From positions 52,762,001 through 52,826,000 of the forward strand of contig OX597833.1 of assembly GCA_951406725.2 (NCBI GenBank): a stretch of 64,000 bases of DNA. Direction: 5' to 3'. Positions 12,333 to 27,284 of the stretch are shown here, one piece after another (the stretch's first letter is position 1; every line of letters begins with the position of its first letter). Position numbers and translations under genes: made by a program. Origin of the DNA: Octopus vulgaris (taxonomy: Eukaryota). Below the pieces are notes generated by a model. It saw only the letters and a program-made list of their open reading frames with translations, did not search any database and was not told the DNA's origin.

Positions 12333-13416
12333 TAGTTAGTTAGTTAGTTAGTTAGTTAATTTGGCTCAAAAGCAAATAGCAAGGCCATGTAGGGGGACAT
12401 GGAGTTTAGTACAGGGTGGTGTTCATGTAAAGAGTTCAGGCCACTTGAGGTCCAGGGAGGCTTTGAACAAAGCGGTCGTCGGCATCTTCACCATCTCGTC
12501 TGGCAGCTTGTTCCACGGATCCGCAACCCGGACGGAGAAAGCTCCTCTCCTTCGATTGAGATGAAATCGTCGCAGGTAGAGCTTTTCGGAATGACCCCGC
12601 AGCCGACGCTCCGGAGCAGGAGTGAAGAACAGCTCTTTCGAGAGGTTACACTTCCCGCTTATGATGTTGTGGGCGAGAATGAGATCACCACGGCGGCGGC
12701 GTTTTTCAAGAGAATAAAGGTCGAGCGTCCTCAGCCTTTCTTCGTAGGACAAATTTTTGAGACCATGAACCATGCGGGTAGCCAGCCTCTGGACTCTTTC
12801 GAGGTGCTGTATGTCTTTGAGGAGATAAGGAGAAGAGGCTTGAATCCCATACTCCAATATGGGTCTCACCAGCGTGACATAGAGTGGCAGGAATATGGCT
12901 GCTGTGAGCATTCCGAATGACCGTCGAATCAAAAACAGAATTCCGCGCGCTTTGTTGGCAGCATGGACGCACTGGGCCGAAGGCGAAAAGGAGGAATCCA
13001 CCAAGATACCCAGGTCCTTTACCTGATCGGTCCTCTCCAGCAGCAGACGACCCGGCTCGAAATCAAGTTGAGTTGCAGGAGTAGAGCCGACAGGCAGATG
13101 ACAGCACTTTGACACGTTCAGACACAGGTCCCAATCGTTAGACCACTTCCAAATTTGGTGGAGGCATCGACAAAGATCCTCTATACTACCGCGAGGAGCG
13201 ACCAGTTTGATATCGTCGGCAAATAGAAGGGTGTGTTGCGTGAGGTCGTCGGGCAAGTCATTTATGAAGACTAAGAACAACAAGGGCCCAAGCACTGAAC
13301 CTTGAGGCACGCCACTGCTCGCACTGGAGACGTCGGACCGCGAACCATTAACTTGAACTTGGAAGGAGCGATCTGAGAGGAAGGCACCAACCCATCGTAC
13401 AATATCCGGATGGAAA
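12333..13416 (-). mobile_element. 5'-truncated CR1-clade LINE with (TAAC)n tail
   Basis: RT ORF plus short 3'UTR and (TAAC)n terminal repeat; CTTGT on both sides (12328-12332, 13417-13421). Confidence 0.92.
12423..13310 (-). CDS. Reverse transcriptase C-terminal portion of CR1-type ORF2 (truncated, non-autonomous)
   Basis: PQGSVLGPLLFLVFINDL, FADD, KDLG, LYVTLVRPILEY, LERVQRLATR, SYEERL, RRRRGDLI, FSVRVADPWNKLP; 295 aa open. Confidence 0.9.
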   Translation of the reverse strand: MPQGSVLGPLLFLVFINDLPDDLTQHTLLFADDIKLVAPRGSIEDLCRCLHQIWKWSNDWDLCLNVSKCCHLPVGSTPATQLDFEPGRLLLERTDQVKDLGILVDSSFSPSAQCVHAANKARGILFLIRRSFGMLTAAIFLPLYVTLVRPILEYGIQASSPYLLKDIQHLERVQRLATRMVHGLKNLSYEERLRTLDLYSLEKRRRRGDLILAHNIISGKCNLSKELFFTPAPERRLRGHSEKLYLRRFHLNRRRGAFSVRVADPWNKLPDEMVKMPTTALFKASLDLKWPELFT

Positions 13417-13466
13417 CTTGTGAGTGGAATTGGTAGACGGAAACTGAAAGAAGCCCGTCGTATATT

Positions 13467-13585
<119 letters not shown>

Positions 13586-13773
13586 ATGTGCTTGTGTTTG
13601 TACCCCAACATCATTTGACAACCGATGCTGGTGTGTTTACGTCCCCGTAACTTAGCGGTTCGGCAAAAGAGACCGATAGAATAAGTACTAGGCTTACAAA
13701 GAATATATATATATATATATATACATGTATATATATATGTATGTATATTTATATATATATATACATATATATG

Positions 13774-13838
<65 letters not shown>

Positions 13839-13971
13839 AAATGAATAGAAATGGTTTTTCTGATAATTTTTCCACTTTAATAATTGGATGTCTATAAAAA
13901 TGATAAGCCATTTCTATTCATTTTTTAAAATATATAATACTGTAGCAAGAGTTTTCTATTTCTGATTCAAC

Positions 13972-14063
<92 letters not shown>

Positions 14064-14539
14064 GAGAGAGAGAGAGAGAAAGCACTAAGTTTAGTTAGAT
14101 TTTATGACGTCTAACGGAAGGAAGCGACTCACGCATACTCTTAACATACACCGAGACCACATGCAACCACAGCTGAAACATACGACCAATACAATACATC
14201 TTATTGATTAGCGGTTGGAAGTGGAGCGTGGTTGAGCGTGACTAAGTGAGATGTAGCTGTTGAGAAATGATGATGTAAAAGACAGCCTCTAACTGACAAG
14301 AGGCGGGAATTAGATGTCAAAGTTAATCTGCTAAGAAAGATGGCGTCGAGTAGCTTAACAGAGATACACGAGAAAATTCCAGTATCGGACTTCTATGAAA
14401 ATATCACCACGTCCGACGGAAAAATACTTGTTCAGACGTCTAAATAAGACAAATTAGTCACGTTTTGATTCTTAAACCTTTCGGTGGTTTTGTTGTTGTT
14501 GCTGTTGTTGTTGCTGCTGCTGCTGCTACTGATTTTTTT

Positions 14540-14967
14540 TACTTGTTTCAGTCATTGTACTGCGGCCATGCTGGGGCACCGCCTTGAAGAGCTTTTTTAG
14601 TCGAATGAATCGACTCGAATACTATATTTTTTTATATTTTATTTATTTGTTAAGCCTGGTGCTTAATTCTATCAGTCTCTTTTGCCGAACAGCTAAGCTA
14701 CGAGGACGTAAACACACAAACACCGGTTGTCAAGTGATGCTGGGGAACAAACTCAGACGACGCACACACTCACATACACACACACACACACACATACACA
14801 CATATATACGACGGGCTTCTTTCAGTTTCCGTCTACCAAATGCCCTGTCAAGGCTATGGTTGGCCCGAGGCTATATTAGAAGACACTTGACCAAGGTGCC
14901 ACGCATTGAGGCTGAACCTGGAACCATGTGGTTGGGAAGCAAGCTTCTTACATGTCATGACTGCGCT
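14540..14967 (-). mobile_element. SINE A
   Basis: Tail and head both match family A. Confidence 0.85.
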
Positions 14968-15081
14968 TATTTTTGTTGTCATTGTTTAATTTCCTTCTTT
15001 TATTTTCTATTTGCTTCAGTCATTGGACAGCAGCCATACTGGAGCACTGTCTGAAAGGTTTTAGGACGAACAAATAGAACT

Positions 15082-15284
15082 TAAAGTGATAGTATGTTGT
15101 CAACTTAATGTGACAGTCACATAAAAGGGAAGAATGCTACTGCTATTTAGCTCTAGGAACCACCGTTTCCTGTTAGACTTGACATATATCTAGCAGGAAA
15201 CGGTGTTTCCTAGGGCTTAATAACAGTAACATTCTTCCCTTTTATGGGACTGTCACATTAAGTTGACAACATGCTATCACTTTA
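15082..15284. repeat. Fold-back inverted repeat, 96-bp arms, 11-nt loop
   Basis: TAAAGTGATAGTATGTTGTCAACTTAATGTGACAGTC... vs ...GACTGTCACATTAAGTTGACAACATGCTATCACTTTA. Confidence 0.95.
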
Positions 15285-15329
15285 TCGCGCTGCTACTGCA
15301 TAAATCTATCTGAGAGATTTTAGAAATAT

Positions 15330-15562
15330 ATATTTCTTTACTACCCACAAGGAGCTAAACACAGAAGGGACAAACAAGGACAGACAAATGAATTAAGTCG
15401 ATTACATCGACCCCAGTGCGTAACTGGTACTTAATTTATCGACCCCGAAAGGATGAAAGGCAAAGTCGACCTCGGCGGAATTTGAACTCAGAATGCAGCG
15501 GCAGACGAAATACCGCAAAGCATTTCGCCCGGCGTGCTAACATTTCTGCCAGCTCGCCGCCT
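15330..15562 (-). mobile_element. Full-length SINE B
   Basis: Matches 6916-7147; TTTTAGAAATATA present on both flanks (probable TSD). Confidence 0.9.
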
Positions 15563-15579
15563 TTTAGAAATATAAATAG

Positions 15580-15732
15580 AGCTTAGTACTTATCTTAAAG
15601 CCTGACGCATATTATATCGATTTCTGTTGCCGAACTGCTAAGGTCACGTAGGAGGCCATCAACAAGCCAACACTGTCTGTTAGGCGGTGGGGCGGGGAAC
15701 AAAGAAACACACGAACGCGCACACACACACAC

Positions 15733-15776
<44 letters not shown>

Positions 15777-16128
15777 CAGGTTTCTTTCATTATCCATCAA
15801 ACAAATCACTCACAAGCCTTTGGTCAATCGAGGCTATAGTAGAAAATACTTGCCCCCCAGGTGTTGCACAAGTGGTTAGGAAGCAAGATCCTTAACAACA
15901 CATTCACACCTTATATTTGCAGCTCATTCTTTATAAACTCGGCGTCATTCGTCCAGGTTATTGCCGCTTGTTTTTTATAGATATTGAAAGGTATACCCAT
16001 ACGTACAGGTATGGCTGTGAAGTAAAAAGCTTGCTTCCCAGCCCCATAGTTTCGGTTTTAGGCCCTCTGCGTGACACTTTGGGCAAGCGCATTTAATATA
16101 GCCCTGGGCCGACCAAAGACTTGGAAAG

Positions 16129-16171
<43 letters not shown>

Positions 16172-16500
16172 TATGTTCATGTGTGTGTATGTATGTATGT
16201 ATGTATGTATGTATGTATGTATGTATGTATGTATGTATGTATTTATGTATGTATGTATGTATGTATGTATGTATGTATGTATGTATGTATGATGTATGCA
16301 TGAATGTATGTGGGATGTGGGTGAGTCTTTGTGTTTGAGTCGGTTTCCAAACCTTTTGACAACTGGTGGTGGTTTGTTTACATTCCCGTGACCTAGTTGT
16401 TCGGCAAAAGACTCCATAAATAAAGAGGTACTGGGTTCAATTTGTTCAACTACAACCCTTCGAGGAGGTGCGCCAGTATGGCGGCAGTCAAAACAAGATA
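15580..16500. mobile_element. Two older SINE A copies in divergent orientation (15580-15900 -, 16000-16500 +)
   Basis: Degenerate matches to family A head and tail, with internal microsatellites. Confidence 0.65.
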
Positions 16501-17060
16501 AAACATAGGAAGGCCATGATATAATCCAGCATTCTCCAAACAAAAAAAAAGATTAGATGGTCAAGGATGGAACGACTTTTATTATAGAACCGCTCGGTCA
16601 AGGTTGAGCTGGGGTTCAACAGCAACAGCAATAACAACACCGACGACCATAGCAACAACAACAATAACAAAAAGCAAAGCAGTCAACTTCCCAGATATCC
16701 AGAACCAAGAAGCTCGGATGACGGATTTGCATTAAATTGAATTAAATTAAAGCCTCACACAGTGGCGTCTACCTAAAGAATATGTATATATATATGCATA
16801 CAAACAAACGTGATTAAACATACATGCACACACACATATATATATGAATATATATGTATATATATAGTATATGTATATATGTACTTATATATATAAATAT
16901 CTATATCTATACACACACACACACACATATATATATGAATATATATGTATATATATAGTATATGTATATATGTACTTATATATATAAATATCTATATCTA
17001 TCTATCAAACTATCAATCTATATATATATACACATATATGTGTGTGCCTGTGTGTGAAAG

Positions 17061-17093
<33 letters not shown>

Positions 17094-17965
17094 GTATATA
17101 TATATATGTATATATAAGCGCACAATTATATACAGTAATGTATGTATATCTAGATATACCTGTATATGTATAAAGGTGTGTGTGCATAACATACCTGCAT
17201 AAATGCATACATACATGCATGCATACATACATACATATATACATACATACATACATACATACATATAGAAACAGGGTGAGAAAGAGAACAAGAAGTGAGA
17301 GAGAGGGAGAGATAGAGAGAGAAAGAGAGAGAGAGGAGGTGAGAAAGAAAGAGAGAGGTTATGAAGATAACATATCGATCAGAAAGAGAGGTTGCTATTG
17401 AAACGATATTACTTGGTTTGATAAAAAAAACCTACGCCTCTAACATTTTATAGATTAACTACGAAGAATGTTGACAGAATTGATCGGTACTTTGTTATTA
17501 GTTTCTAGGAAATTACCAGACTTCATTGAAGAGACCAACCACCACACAGCAGAGCGGAATAATAAACGGTGAGCAATAATAACACGCAGGTTACGCCAAT
17601 AGATGTCGCTTATGTGCTGCAAATATCATACAAGCAACCCACGCAAGCGTTGATTTCAAATAAATTCTATCGTTTTATTTTGTGAATCTTTTTAATTCTG
17701 TCTCTAAATTAACGGTTTAACAAGAAAGAGGTGGGGAAAATAGCAGCATATGATGGAATATTTTAAATTAGATTAGATTTGGTTTGCTTTCATTTGGTTT
17801 TCGAGTATGGCAGTATGTGTATGCATGTGTAAGTATGGATATGAGTGTGAGTGTGTGTGCATATGTTTGTGGAGGTGTGTGTACGTGTATGTTTATTTGT
17901 GCTTGCGTGGTTGTGAGTGTGTGTGAGAGAGAGAGTGTAAAAATACATATCTACTTTTATTTATA

Positions 17966-18001
<36 letters not shown>

Positions 18002-18018
18002 TATAGATAGATAAATAA

Positions 18019-18159
<141 letters not shown>

Positions 18160-18560
18160 CAGATAGATATATAGATAGATGCATATATATATGAGGTAAT
18201 GCTTCAACCGGTATAGAAATATCATACAAATATTTACATAAATATAGATATATATGTATATATAGGCATATATATATATATATAGTTATGTATGTATATA
18301 TGTATACATTTATATATGTATACATATATATATGTATGTATACATACACACACACATATGTATATTGTGGTAATGCTTCAACCGATATAGAATTATCATA
18401 AATACATTTACATAAATATACCTATGTATGTATATATATAGGCATATATATACTTATATATGTATGTATATATATATATATACACAGAAACATGCATTTA
18501 CGTTTATATATAAATATATGCATCAGTACAAACATATTTGTAGATATATGTATAGGTCTG

Positions 18561-18638
<78 letters not shown>

Positions 18639-18656
18639 CGTACACATACATACATA

Positions 18657-18750
<94 letters not shown>

Positions 18751-19075
18751 GACAATCAGTCAGACAGACATATCTATATATGGATTATAGATATAGAAGC
18801 ATTTCACAGCACGCGTTTCTGTTTCTGTAACCAAGTGGTATTTCTCAATGTGATAATCCAATAAGAAATTACAAATTAATTCAACAGATCTGTGACAACA
18901 ACATCTACACGAATAAATAAGAACGGAATATAAGGAGCCCGAATTTATCATACAAAGCATATATGTTTATATTGCCTTAATCCGGGACATAACATAGTTT
19001 CCATGAGGAAGGAGATATCTTTTTTAGAAACGACAGCAAATCTGAGTTATGCAATTGCCTGTACATTGTGTGTGC

Positions 19076-19643
<568 letters not shown>

Positions 19644-20439
19644 ATATATATATATATATATATATCTTGTATCTTTTACTTGCTACAAGTATTAGACTGC
19701 GCCCATGCTGGAGCGCTACCTTGAAGAAGTTTAGTCGAACGAACTGGCGCTACCTTATTTCTTTTTAAAGTCTGGTAATTATGCTATCGGGGTCTTTTCC
19801 GAACTGTTATGTTACGAAGACGTAAACACACCAACACCGGTTGGTGTGTCATGAGACAAATACCTTAATCCTGGTATGTATATCTCTCTGCCTGTCTGTT
19901 TGTATGTTTATATCTATGTATATATATATATATATATGTATTTGTACGTAATGTATGTATGTATGTATGTATGTATGTATGTATGTATGTATGTGTGTAT
20001 GTATGTATGTATGTATGTATGTATGTATGTATGTATGTATGTATGTATGTATGTGTATGTATGTATGTATGTATGTATGTATGTATGTATGTATGTATGT
20101 ATGTATGTATGTATGTATGTATGTATGTATGTATGTATGTATGTATGTATGTATGTATGTATGTATGTATGTATGTATGTATGTATGTATGTATGTATGT
20201 ATGTATGTATGTACGTATGTATGTATGTATGTATGTATGTATGTATGTATGTATGTATGTATTTCGCCCGTCTTTATGTTCTGAGTTCAAATTTCGCCGA
20301 GGTCGTCTTTGCCTTTCATCCTTTCGAAGTCGATGAAATATGTACCAGTCATGTACTAGATCGATGTGGTCGACTATCTGACCCCACCCCCACCCACACA
20401 GCTGACTAGTTTTCAGAATACAGTCAGGACGTTTGGAAG

Positions 20440-21040
20440 CTCCGTGTGCGATAAAGTTTTGTGTTAAAACTGAGCATAAACGCCCCAGAAGCTTATGAGG
20501 TGCTCCAAATTGTTTATGGATTAACCTGTATGAGTCAAGCATCTATTCTTTTGCTGGCTCAGGGGGACAAGTCCATCGGGAAGCTCATGATTATCCTCTT
20601 TTTTTGGCAACAAGAGCATTATCTACATCCACTGGTTTTCCTTGTCAGGCGGTCAACAAAGAGTAGTTTGTGGAGGTTTTGAAAGAGTTCAGGAAGAGAT
20701 TTCGCCACAAAAGCCCAAAGCATCTGCAACAGGAAAATGTACCAGTCTACAATTCCAGCCTAGTAACCAACTGCTACTTGATAGAGACGGGCATCCAATC
20801 TGTCCCTCATTCGTCCTACAGCCCAGACCTTGCTCCCTGTGACTTTTGGTTGTTCCCCAAGCTGAAGAAGATGATGGAGGCTGTGAAAGGTTCCTGGAGA
20901 CCTTCATTTAGGAGGAGCACCATGAGGCCTCCACGAAGTAGCTGGAGTACTACGATAAGAGCATCGAAGTCAGAGGGTCCTAGTTTGAAGGAGGTTACAG
21001 TTTTATACTTAATAAATGTCTCTCCTGAAAATTGATTTCT
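20440..21040 (+). pseudogene. Internally deleted, degenerate mariner element
   Basis: N-terminal AIKFCVKL...EAYEVLQIVYG..CMSQA and C-terminal VPHSSYSPDLAPCDFWLFPKLKK. Confidence 0.85.
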
Positions 21041-21618
21041 TGCCAATAGAGAAAAACCGGATTCTAACCTTGATCCAAAGCTCCTTCATTGGAATTTCAA
21101 CATCGACAACAGCGTATTTTTATAGGTATCTATGTATGCATTTTTTATGTATGTATTCTCATGCATATACTTGCATATCAAGACATGCTCATGCATATTT
21201 AAATGATAAACCTCTGGAAAGTTTTACAGATTGAAAAGCAAAATATCACAAAACTTCTGGAATGTACCTTATACATGTGTTCCTGGTTCCCAAAATTTTT
21301 ATCTGTGATCGACAAGCGATTGTGATAGTTTAAAGTGAAGTATATAACAAGTATTCTGTTCTTCATTAATTCCCAAATGCTTCTAAACTTAACCAGGAGG
21401 TCCTTGGTGTGAGGCATTCAAAAGGAAAACATTCCTTAAGGCTTCAAAAATATATATAGCTATTTGAAACTACCTACCAAGTGACAATCTGCCTGAATGA
21501 ATATACACCAACACAAACAAATACACAAAGCATACGTATATATAATTTTTGCTCACATACCTATTTAATATATTATATATACGTATTCATTTACAACTGT
21601 GTATAGAATATGTGTGCC

Positions 21619-21649
<31 letters not shown>

Positions 21650-21913
21650 TATATATTATATATATATATATATGAATATGTATATATATATATATATATA
21701 TGAATATGCATATATATATATATATATGAATATGCATATATATATATATATGTATATGTATATATGCATACACACACATATTATGTACGTGTGTAAAACA
21801 TTTGTATTCCATGCCTTTGTACGGGTGTCTTTCCGTCCATACTGACACAATGTACAGATATGTCAACACATAAATATGTGTGTGTGAGTGTATCTGAGTG
21901 TGTGTGAGTGAGT

Positions 21914-21960
<47 letters not shown>

Positions 21961-22076
21961 CGTGAGTGTGTGTGTGTATTTGCGTAGACATGTAGGCAAA
22001 TACATACAGACACATATATATATATATATTATACAGATATATGTATATATGAATATATATATATATATATATATAT

Positions 22077-22124
<48 letters not shown>

Positions 22125-22839
22125 CACAATGTCTATGAAGCTTAATAAATTAAATTATCCAATAGCGAACCGTTAAAAGCACAAGTTCAGCGAGGCTTCA
22201 AAGAACGATATTCCGCCTCGGAGGCAACAGCAGATGTCGTTAGCATGTAAATACGTACAAGCACGCAAGCACGCACACACACACACACACACACACCCAA
22301 ATACACACACACACACCCACCCAAATACACACACACACACACACACACATACACACACGCATACATGGAAATACAGACGCAGGTTCACATACACGCACAA
22401 TCACATGTTTCGTTAAAAGCACGACCATGTTCTAGTTTTATATGTTTTAGTTCAGCTTTTCATGAGTTCATAACAGTTTCTTGCAGTTAGTTTGGAACAA
22501 TAAGGTTCCTAAATCTATATTCAATATTTTCGGATTCTTCACACTCTCATTTTCAAGAATTGACATGCATTTCGCATCTGATGTGCTCCTTATATACTGG
22601 TCGATGAATACATACATACACACATACATACATACGTACGTACATACATACATACATACATACATACATACATACATACATACATACATACATACATACA
22701 TGCATACATGAATACAATACATACATATATACTATAGATACACACACATACACACGGACACGAACACACACATATAAATACATACAATACTTACATATAT
22801 ATAATATATACACACAGACGTACACACATATATACATAC

Positions 22840-22931
<92 letters not shown>

Positions 22932-23005
22932 ATACACTTATATATATATATATTATAAACATACACTTATATATATATACATATGTATTATGTATGTATT
23001 ATTAT

Positions 23006-23056
<51 letters not shown>

Positions 23057-23119
23057 ACATACACTTATATATATATATATTATAAACATACACTTATATA
23101 TATATACATATGTATTATG

Positions 23120-23150
<31 letters not shown>

Positions 23151-23361
23151 TTTATCTTTTACTCGCTTCAGTCATTGGACTGCAGCCACAGTACCCTAGT
23201 ACTTAACTTTTTTTAAACCTGATACTTAATCTGTCGGTTTCTTTTGCCGAACCGTTAAATTATAGGACATCAAGAAACCAATACCGGTCGTCACGAGATA
23301 GGGGTGGGGGCAAACATAAGCTGAAGACACACACATAAATCACAGATACGCGCATATATAC

Positions 23362-23413
<52 letters not shown>

Positions 23414-23756
23414 ACACTTGGACTTCCTGGGGCTCTTTGTTTGACATTCCAGAAACCTGAAGGAGTCGGGTTTCATTAGGGGTCCTGCGAAACGTGAAGT
23501 TACACGGAACCAAATCTTAAATATATATATGTATATGTATATATGAACGACTGCGACTGGTTTCTTTTAGTTCCCCTCTCCTAAATCCACTCAGAAGACT
23601 TTGATCGGCCCGGTACTATACCATGTGATCGATAAAATACGTAAGAAGAGTTGAGCACTGTAGTAGTGATGGTAGTGGTGGTGGTGGGGGGGCTTGCAAT
23701 CGATTCCCTCGTCCCTTCAAAATTGCTGCCCTTGTGCCAAAAATAAGAAATGAATA

Positions 23757-24156
23757 TTCTTTTCTACTCTAGACACAAGGCCCGAAACTTTGAGGAAGTC
23801 GGCCAGTCGATTAGATCGACCCCAATGCGCAAATGGTACTTAATTTATCGACTCCGAAAAGATGAAAGGTAAAGTCAACGTCGACGGAATTTGAACTCAG
23901 AACGTAAAGATAGACGAAATACCTACTTCTTTACTACCCAGAAAGGGCTAAACACAGAGACAACAAACAAGGACAGACAAACGGATCAAGTCGATTACAT
24001 CAACCCCAGTGCGTAACTGGTACTTAATTTATCGACCCCGAAAGGATGAAAGGCAATGTCAACCTCGGCAGAATTCGAACTCAGAACGTAAAGACAGACG
24101 AAATACCGTATCAGCATTTCGCCCGGCGTGCTAACGATTCTGCCAGCTCGCTGCCC
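23757..24156 (-). mobile_element. SINE B dimer (one head, two bodies, two different tails)
   Basis: Head at 24156; B tail at ~23925 joined to GGTATTTCGTC of a second body ending ...GGCCTTGTGTCTAGAGTAGAAAAGAAT. Confidence 0.85.
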
Positions 24157-24974
24157 TAAATAAGAAATGAATATTTTCCAAGCGATGAACGAATGAGTGT
24201 ATATTCAATGGATGTGTAGAAGGTATTCCAAGAAATTCCAGACTGTCGATGTTTGCTTCCTTCCAGGTTTATTTAAATCATTTATTTCGCACTTTCTACC
24301 CTTCTCTGTCTGTCTGCCTCTACCTCCCTCTATCTCTCTCCCTCTCTCTTACTCTAAATTTCTGTCCACCTCTCGTCTTATTTCTACCGCCCCCCCCCCC
24401 ACTCACACACCTCACTCTCTCCCCATTTTCTCTTTTCTTTTGTCAATAATCCCTCCTATTAATCTTTCTTCTCGTGCCACTCTGCCTCTTCTTTTTCTCT
24501 TCTTCTCTCTCCTCTTTCTCTCTCTCTCTCTCTCATTTCATGTGTCTTTCTCTCTTCTGGTCATCGATCGCCTCACAAACTATGTCGTTGCATGTTCATA
24601 TGTATGTCTCTACGTGTTTGTGTGTGTGTGTGTGTGCGCACGCGTGATGTACGTGCATGTGCCTATAAGCACGCGAGATCAGCATCGATCTAATACTGGT
24701 TTTATTATAACAAACGTTTGGAAGGAACGAACAAAAGAAAGAAGTACATTCATTGTCTTGAAGGTGAACAGTAATAGCAGCCAGGGCGAGAGATGGGGAA
24801 ACTACCCAGAAACCAAGAGAAGAAAGAAGAGCAAGAACTCGGTGCTGGGAAGAAAGGAAAGCTTTAACAATAGAGAAATTGACGAGAAGTGCATTTACTA
24901 CGAATCTCTACAAAACTAGGCAAAACTTCTTAATCAATCAATCGATCATGTTTGTGTCCCCTCATAGTAATATT

Positions 24975-25640
24975 TTCAAAGTTTGGCACAGGGCCAGTAA
25001 TTTCGGGGCAGGGTGTTTCTGGATCGCATCGACCACAGTACATAATAGGTACTTATTTTATCGATCCTTAAAGAATGAAAAGCAAAGTCGACCTCGGAGG
25101 AATTTGAACTCAGAACGTAAAGACGGACGAAATGCTGTTGGGCATTCTGTCCGACGTGCTAACGATTCTGCCAGCTGACCGCCTTGTACAGTCCTAATAA
25201 CTCTTTTTATTATAGGTACAAGGCCTGAAATTTGGGGGAGTGGTATAGTCGAGCTGGCAGAATCGTTAGCACACTGGGCAAAATGCTAAGCAGCATTTAG
25301 TCCATCTTTCCGTTCTGAGTTCAAATTCCGCCGAAGTCGACTTTGCCTTTCATCCTTTCAGGGTCGATTAAATAAGTACCAGTTACGCACTGGGGTCGAT
25401 ATTATCGACTTAATCTGTCCTCGTTTGTCCCTTCTGTGTTTAGCCCCTTGTGGGTAGTAAAGAAATAGGTATAGTCGATTACATCGACCCCAATACTCAG
25501 CCTGTACTTATTTTATTGACTCCGAAAGAATGAAAGGCGAAGTCGACCTCAGCGGAATTTGAACTCTGAATGTAAAAGACGGACGAAATGCCGTTAAGCA
25601 TTCTGTCCGGGGTGCTAACGATTCTGCCAGATCGCTGCTG
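24975..25640. mobile_element. Cluster of three SINE B copies, one (+, ~25251-25468) nested in a minus-strand copy
   Basis: GGTATAGTCGA present on both sides of the nested copy. Confidence 0.8.
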
Positions 25641-25989
25641 TGTCCACACTTAATACTAATGACAGAAACAATAAAGATTTCTTTATCTGCCACAAGGGCA
25701 ATACAAAATATATAACATTTCAGATTTATTACGTTGGATAACGCTTACAGATTTTATGGGAATACATAATTGTTGGTGTAGTTACGTCATTAGAAATTGT
25801 GTTGTTGTTTACCCCCCAAATATAGCTGGGGATAAACAACAAATACACTGCCGGCTCTTTGCGACATCAATGTCTGAAAAGATGCTGATATTCTATCAAT
25901 TGTAGCAGCGAGCTTTGTCGACTTAATCCGTTTGTCTGTCCTTGTTTGTCCTCTCTGTGTTTAGCACCTTGTGTGTAGTAAAGAAATTG

Positions 25990-26372
25990 TGGAGGCGCAA
26001 TGGCCTAGTGGTTAGGGCAGCGGAGTCGCGGTCGTAGGATCGCGGTTTCGATTCCCAGACCGGGCGTTGTGAGTGTTTATTGAGCGAAAACACCTAAAGC
26101 TCCACGAGGCTCCGGCAGGGGATGGTGGTGATCCCTGCTGTACTCTTTCACCACAACTTTCTCTCACTCTTACTTCCTGTTTCTGTTGTACTTGTATTTC
26201 AAAGGGCCGGCCTTGTCACTCTCTGTGTCACGCTGAATATCCCCGAGAACTACGTTAAGGGGTACACGTGTCTGTGGAGTGCTCAGCCACTTACACGTTA
26301 ATTTCACGAGCAGGCTGTTCCGTTGATCGGATCAACCGGAACCCTCGTCGTCGTAACCGACGGAGTGCTTCC
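25990..26372 (+). mobile_element. SINE C head with an alternative body and tail
   Basis: Head as at 1279-1584 to ...CTTTCACCACA, then a different 3' module also seen inverted at ~43995-44260. Confidence 0.8.
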
Positions 26373-26388
26373 TTCCAGTAAAGAAATT

Positions 26389-26950
26389 GGTATTTCGTCG
26401 GCCGCTACGTTCTGAGACCAAATTCCGCCGTGGTCGATTTTGCCTTTCATCCTTTCGGGGTCGATTAAATAAGTACCAGTTACGCACTGGGGTCGATATA
26501 ATCGACTTAATCCGTTTGTCTGTCCTTGTTTGTCCACTCTGTGTTTAGCCCCTTGTGGGTAGTAAAGAAACAGGTATTTCGTCTGCTGCTACGTTCTGAG
26601 TTCAAATTCCGCCGTGGTCGATTTTGCCTTTCATCCTTTCGGGGTCGATTAAATAAGTACCACTTACGCACTGGGGTCGATATAATCGACTTAATCTGTT
26701 TGTCTGTCCTTGTTTGTCCCCTCTATGTTTAGCCCCTTGTGGGTAATAAAGAAATAAGAATCGTTAGCACGCCGGGCAAAATGCTTAGCAACATTCCGTC
26801 CGTCTTTACGTTGTAAGTTCAAATTCTGCCGAGGTCGACTTTGTCTTTTATCCTTTCGGAGCCGATGAAATCAGTACCAGTCAAGTACTGGGGTCGATGT
26901 GATCGACTATAGCCCTCCTCACAAATTTTACTTTTAGTAGAAAGAATTAT
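26389..26950 (+). mobile_element. Head-to-tail multimer of SINE B bodies
   Basis: Units starting GGTATTTCGTC at ~26389 and ~26573; third unit from ~26758. Confidence 0.85.
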
Positions 26951-27284
26951 TAAAAGAGGTGCGGTTCTTGTTAAGTGCAGGTCAAACCCTATTCAGCAGA
27001 ACTTACGGTAAAAAACTTTCCAGCCGTAACCATCACGCTCTTTGCATTGGGTTTCTTTCGTGTGGTAAAAAGATGCATCACAAAGGGAGAGGTTATTATC
27101 GATTATATCGATTACAGCTTGATACTTGACTGCTATTTGTGTCATTGACTTCCGAAAGAAATAAAATACAATGTTGACTTTAGCGGGATTCGAACTAAAT
27201 CATGGCAGGATATTTCGTCAAATATTATAGCGATTGCGCCATCAACTGTCCTTCATATCAGGAATATGCACACACACATAATTT

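Noticed and set aside
12399-12920. 173-aa plus-strand ORF
   Set aside because: Antisense shadow of the CR1 RT
17596-17610. CTCF-like motif CCAATAGATGTCGCT
   Set aside because: Single imperfect motif, expected by chance in 64 kb without functional data
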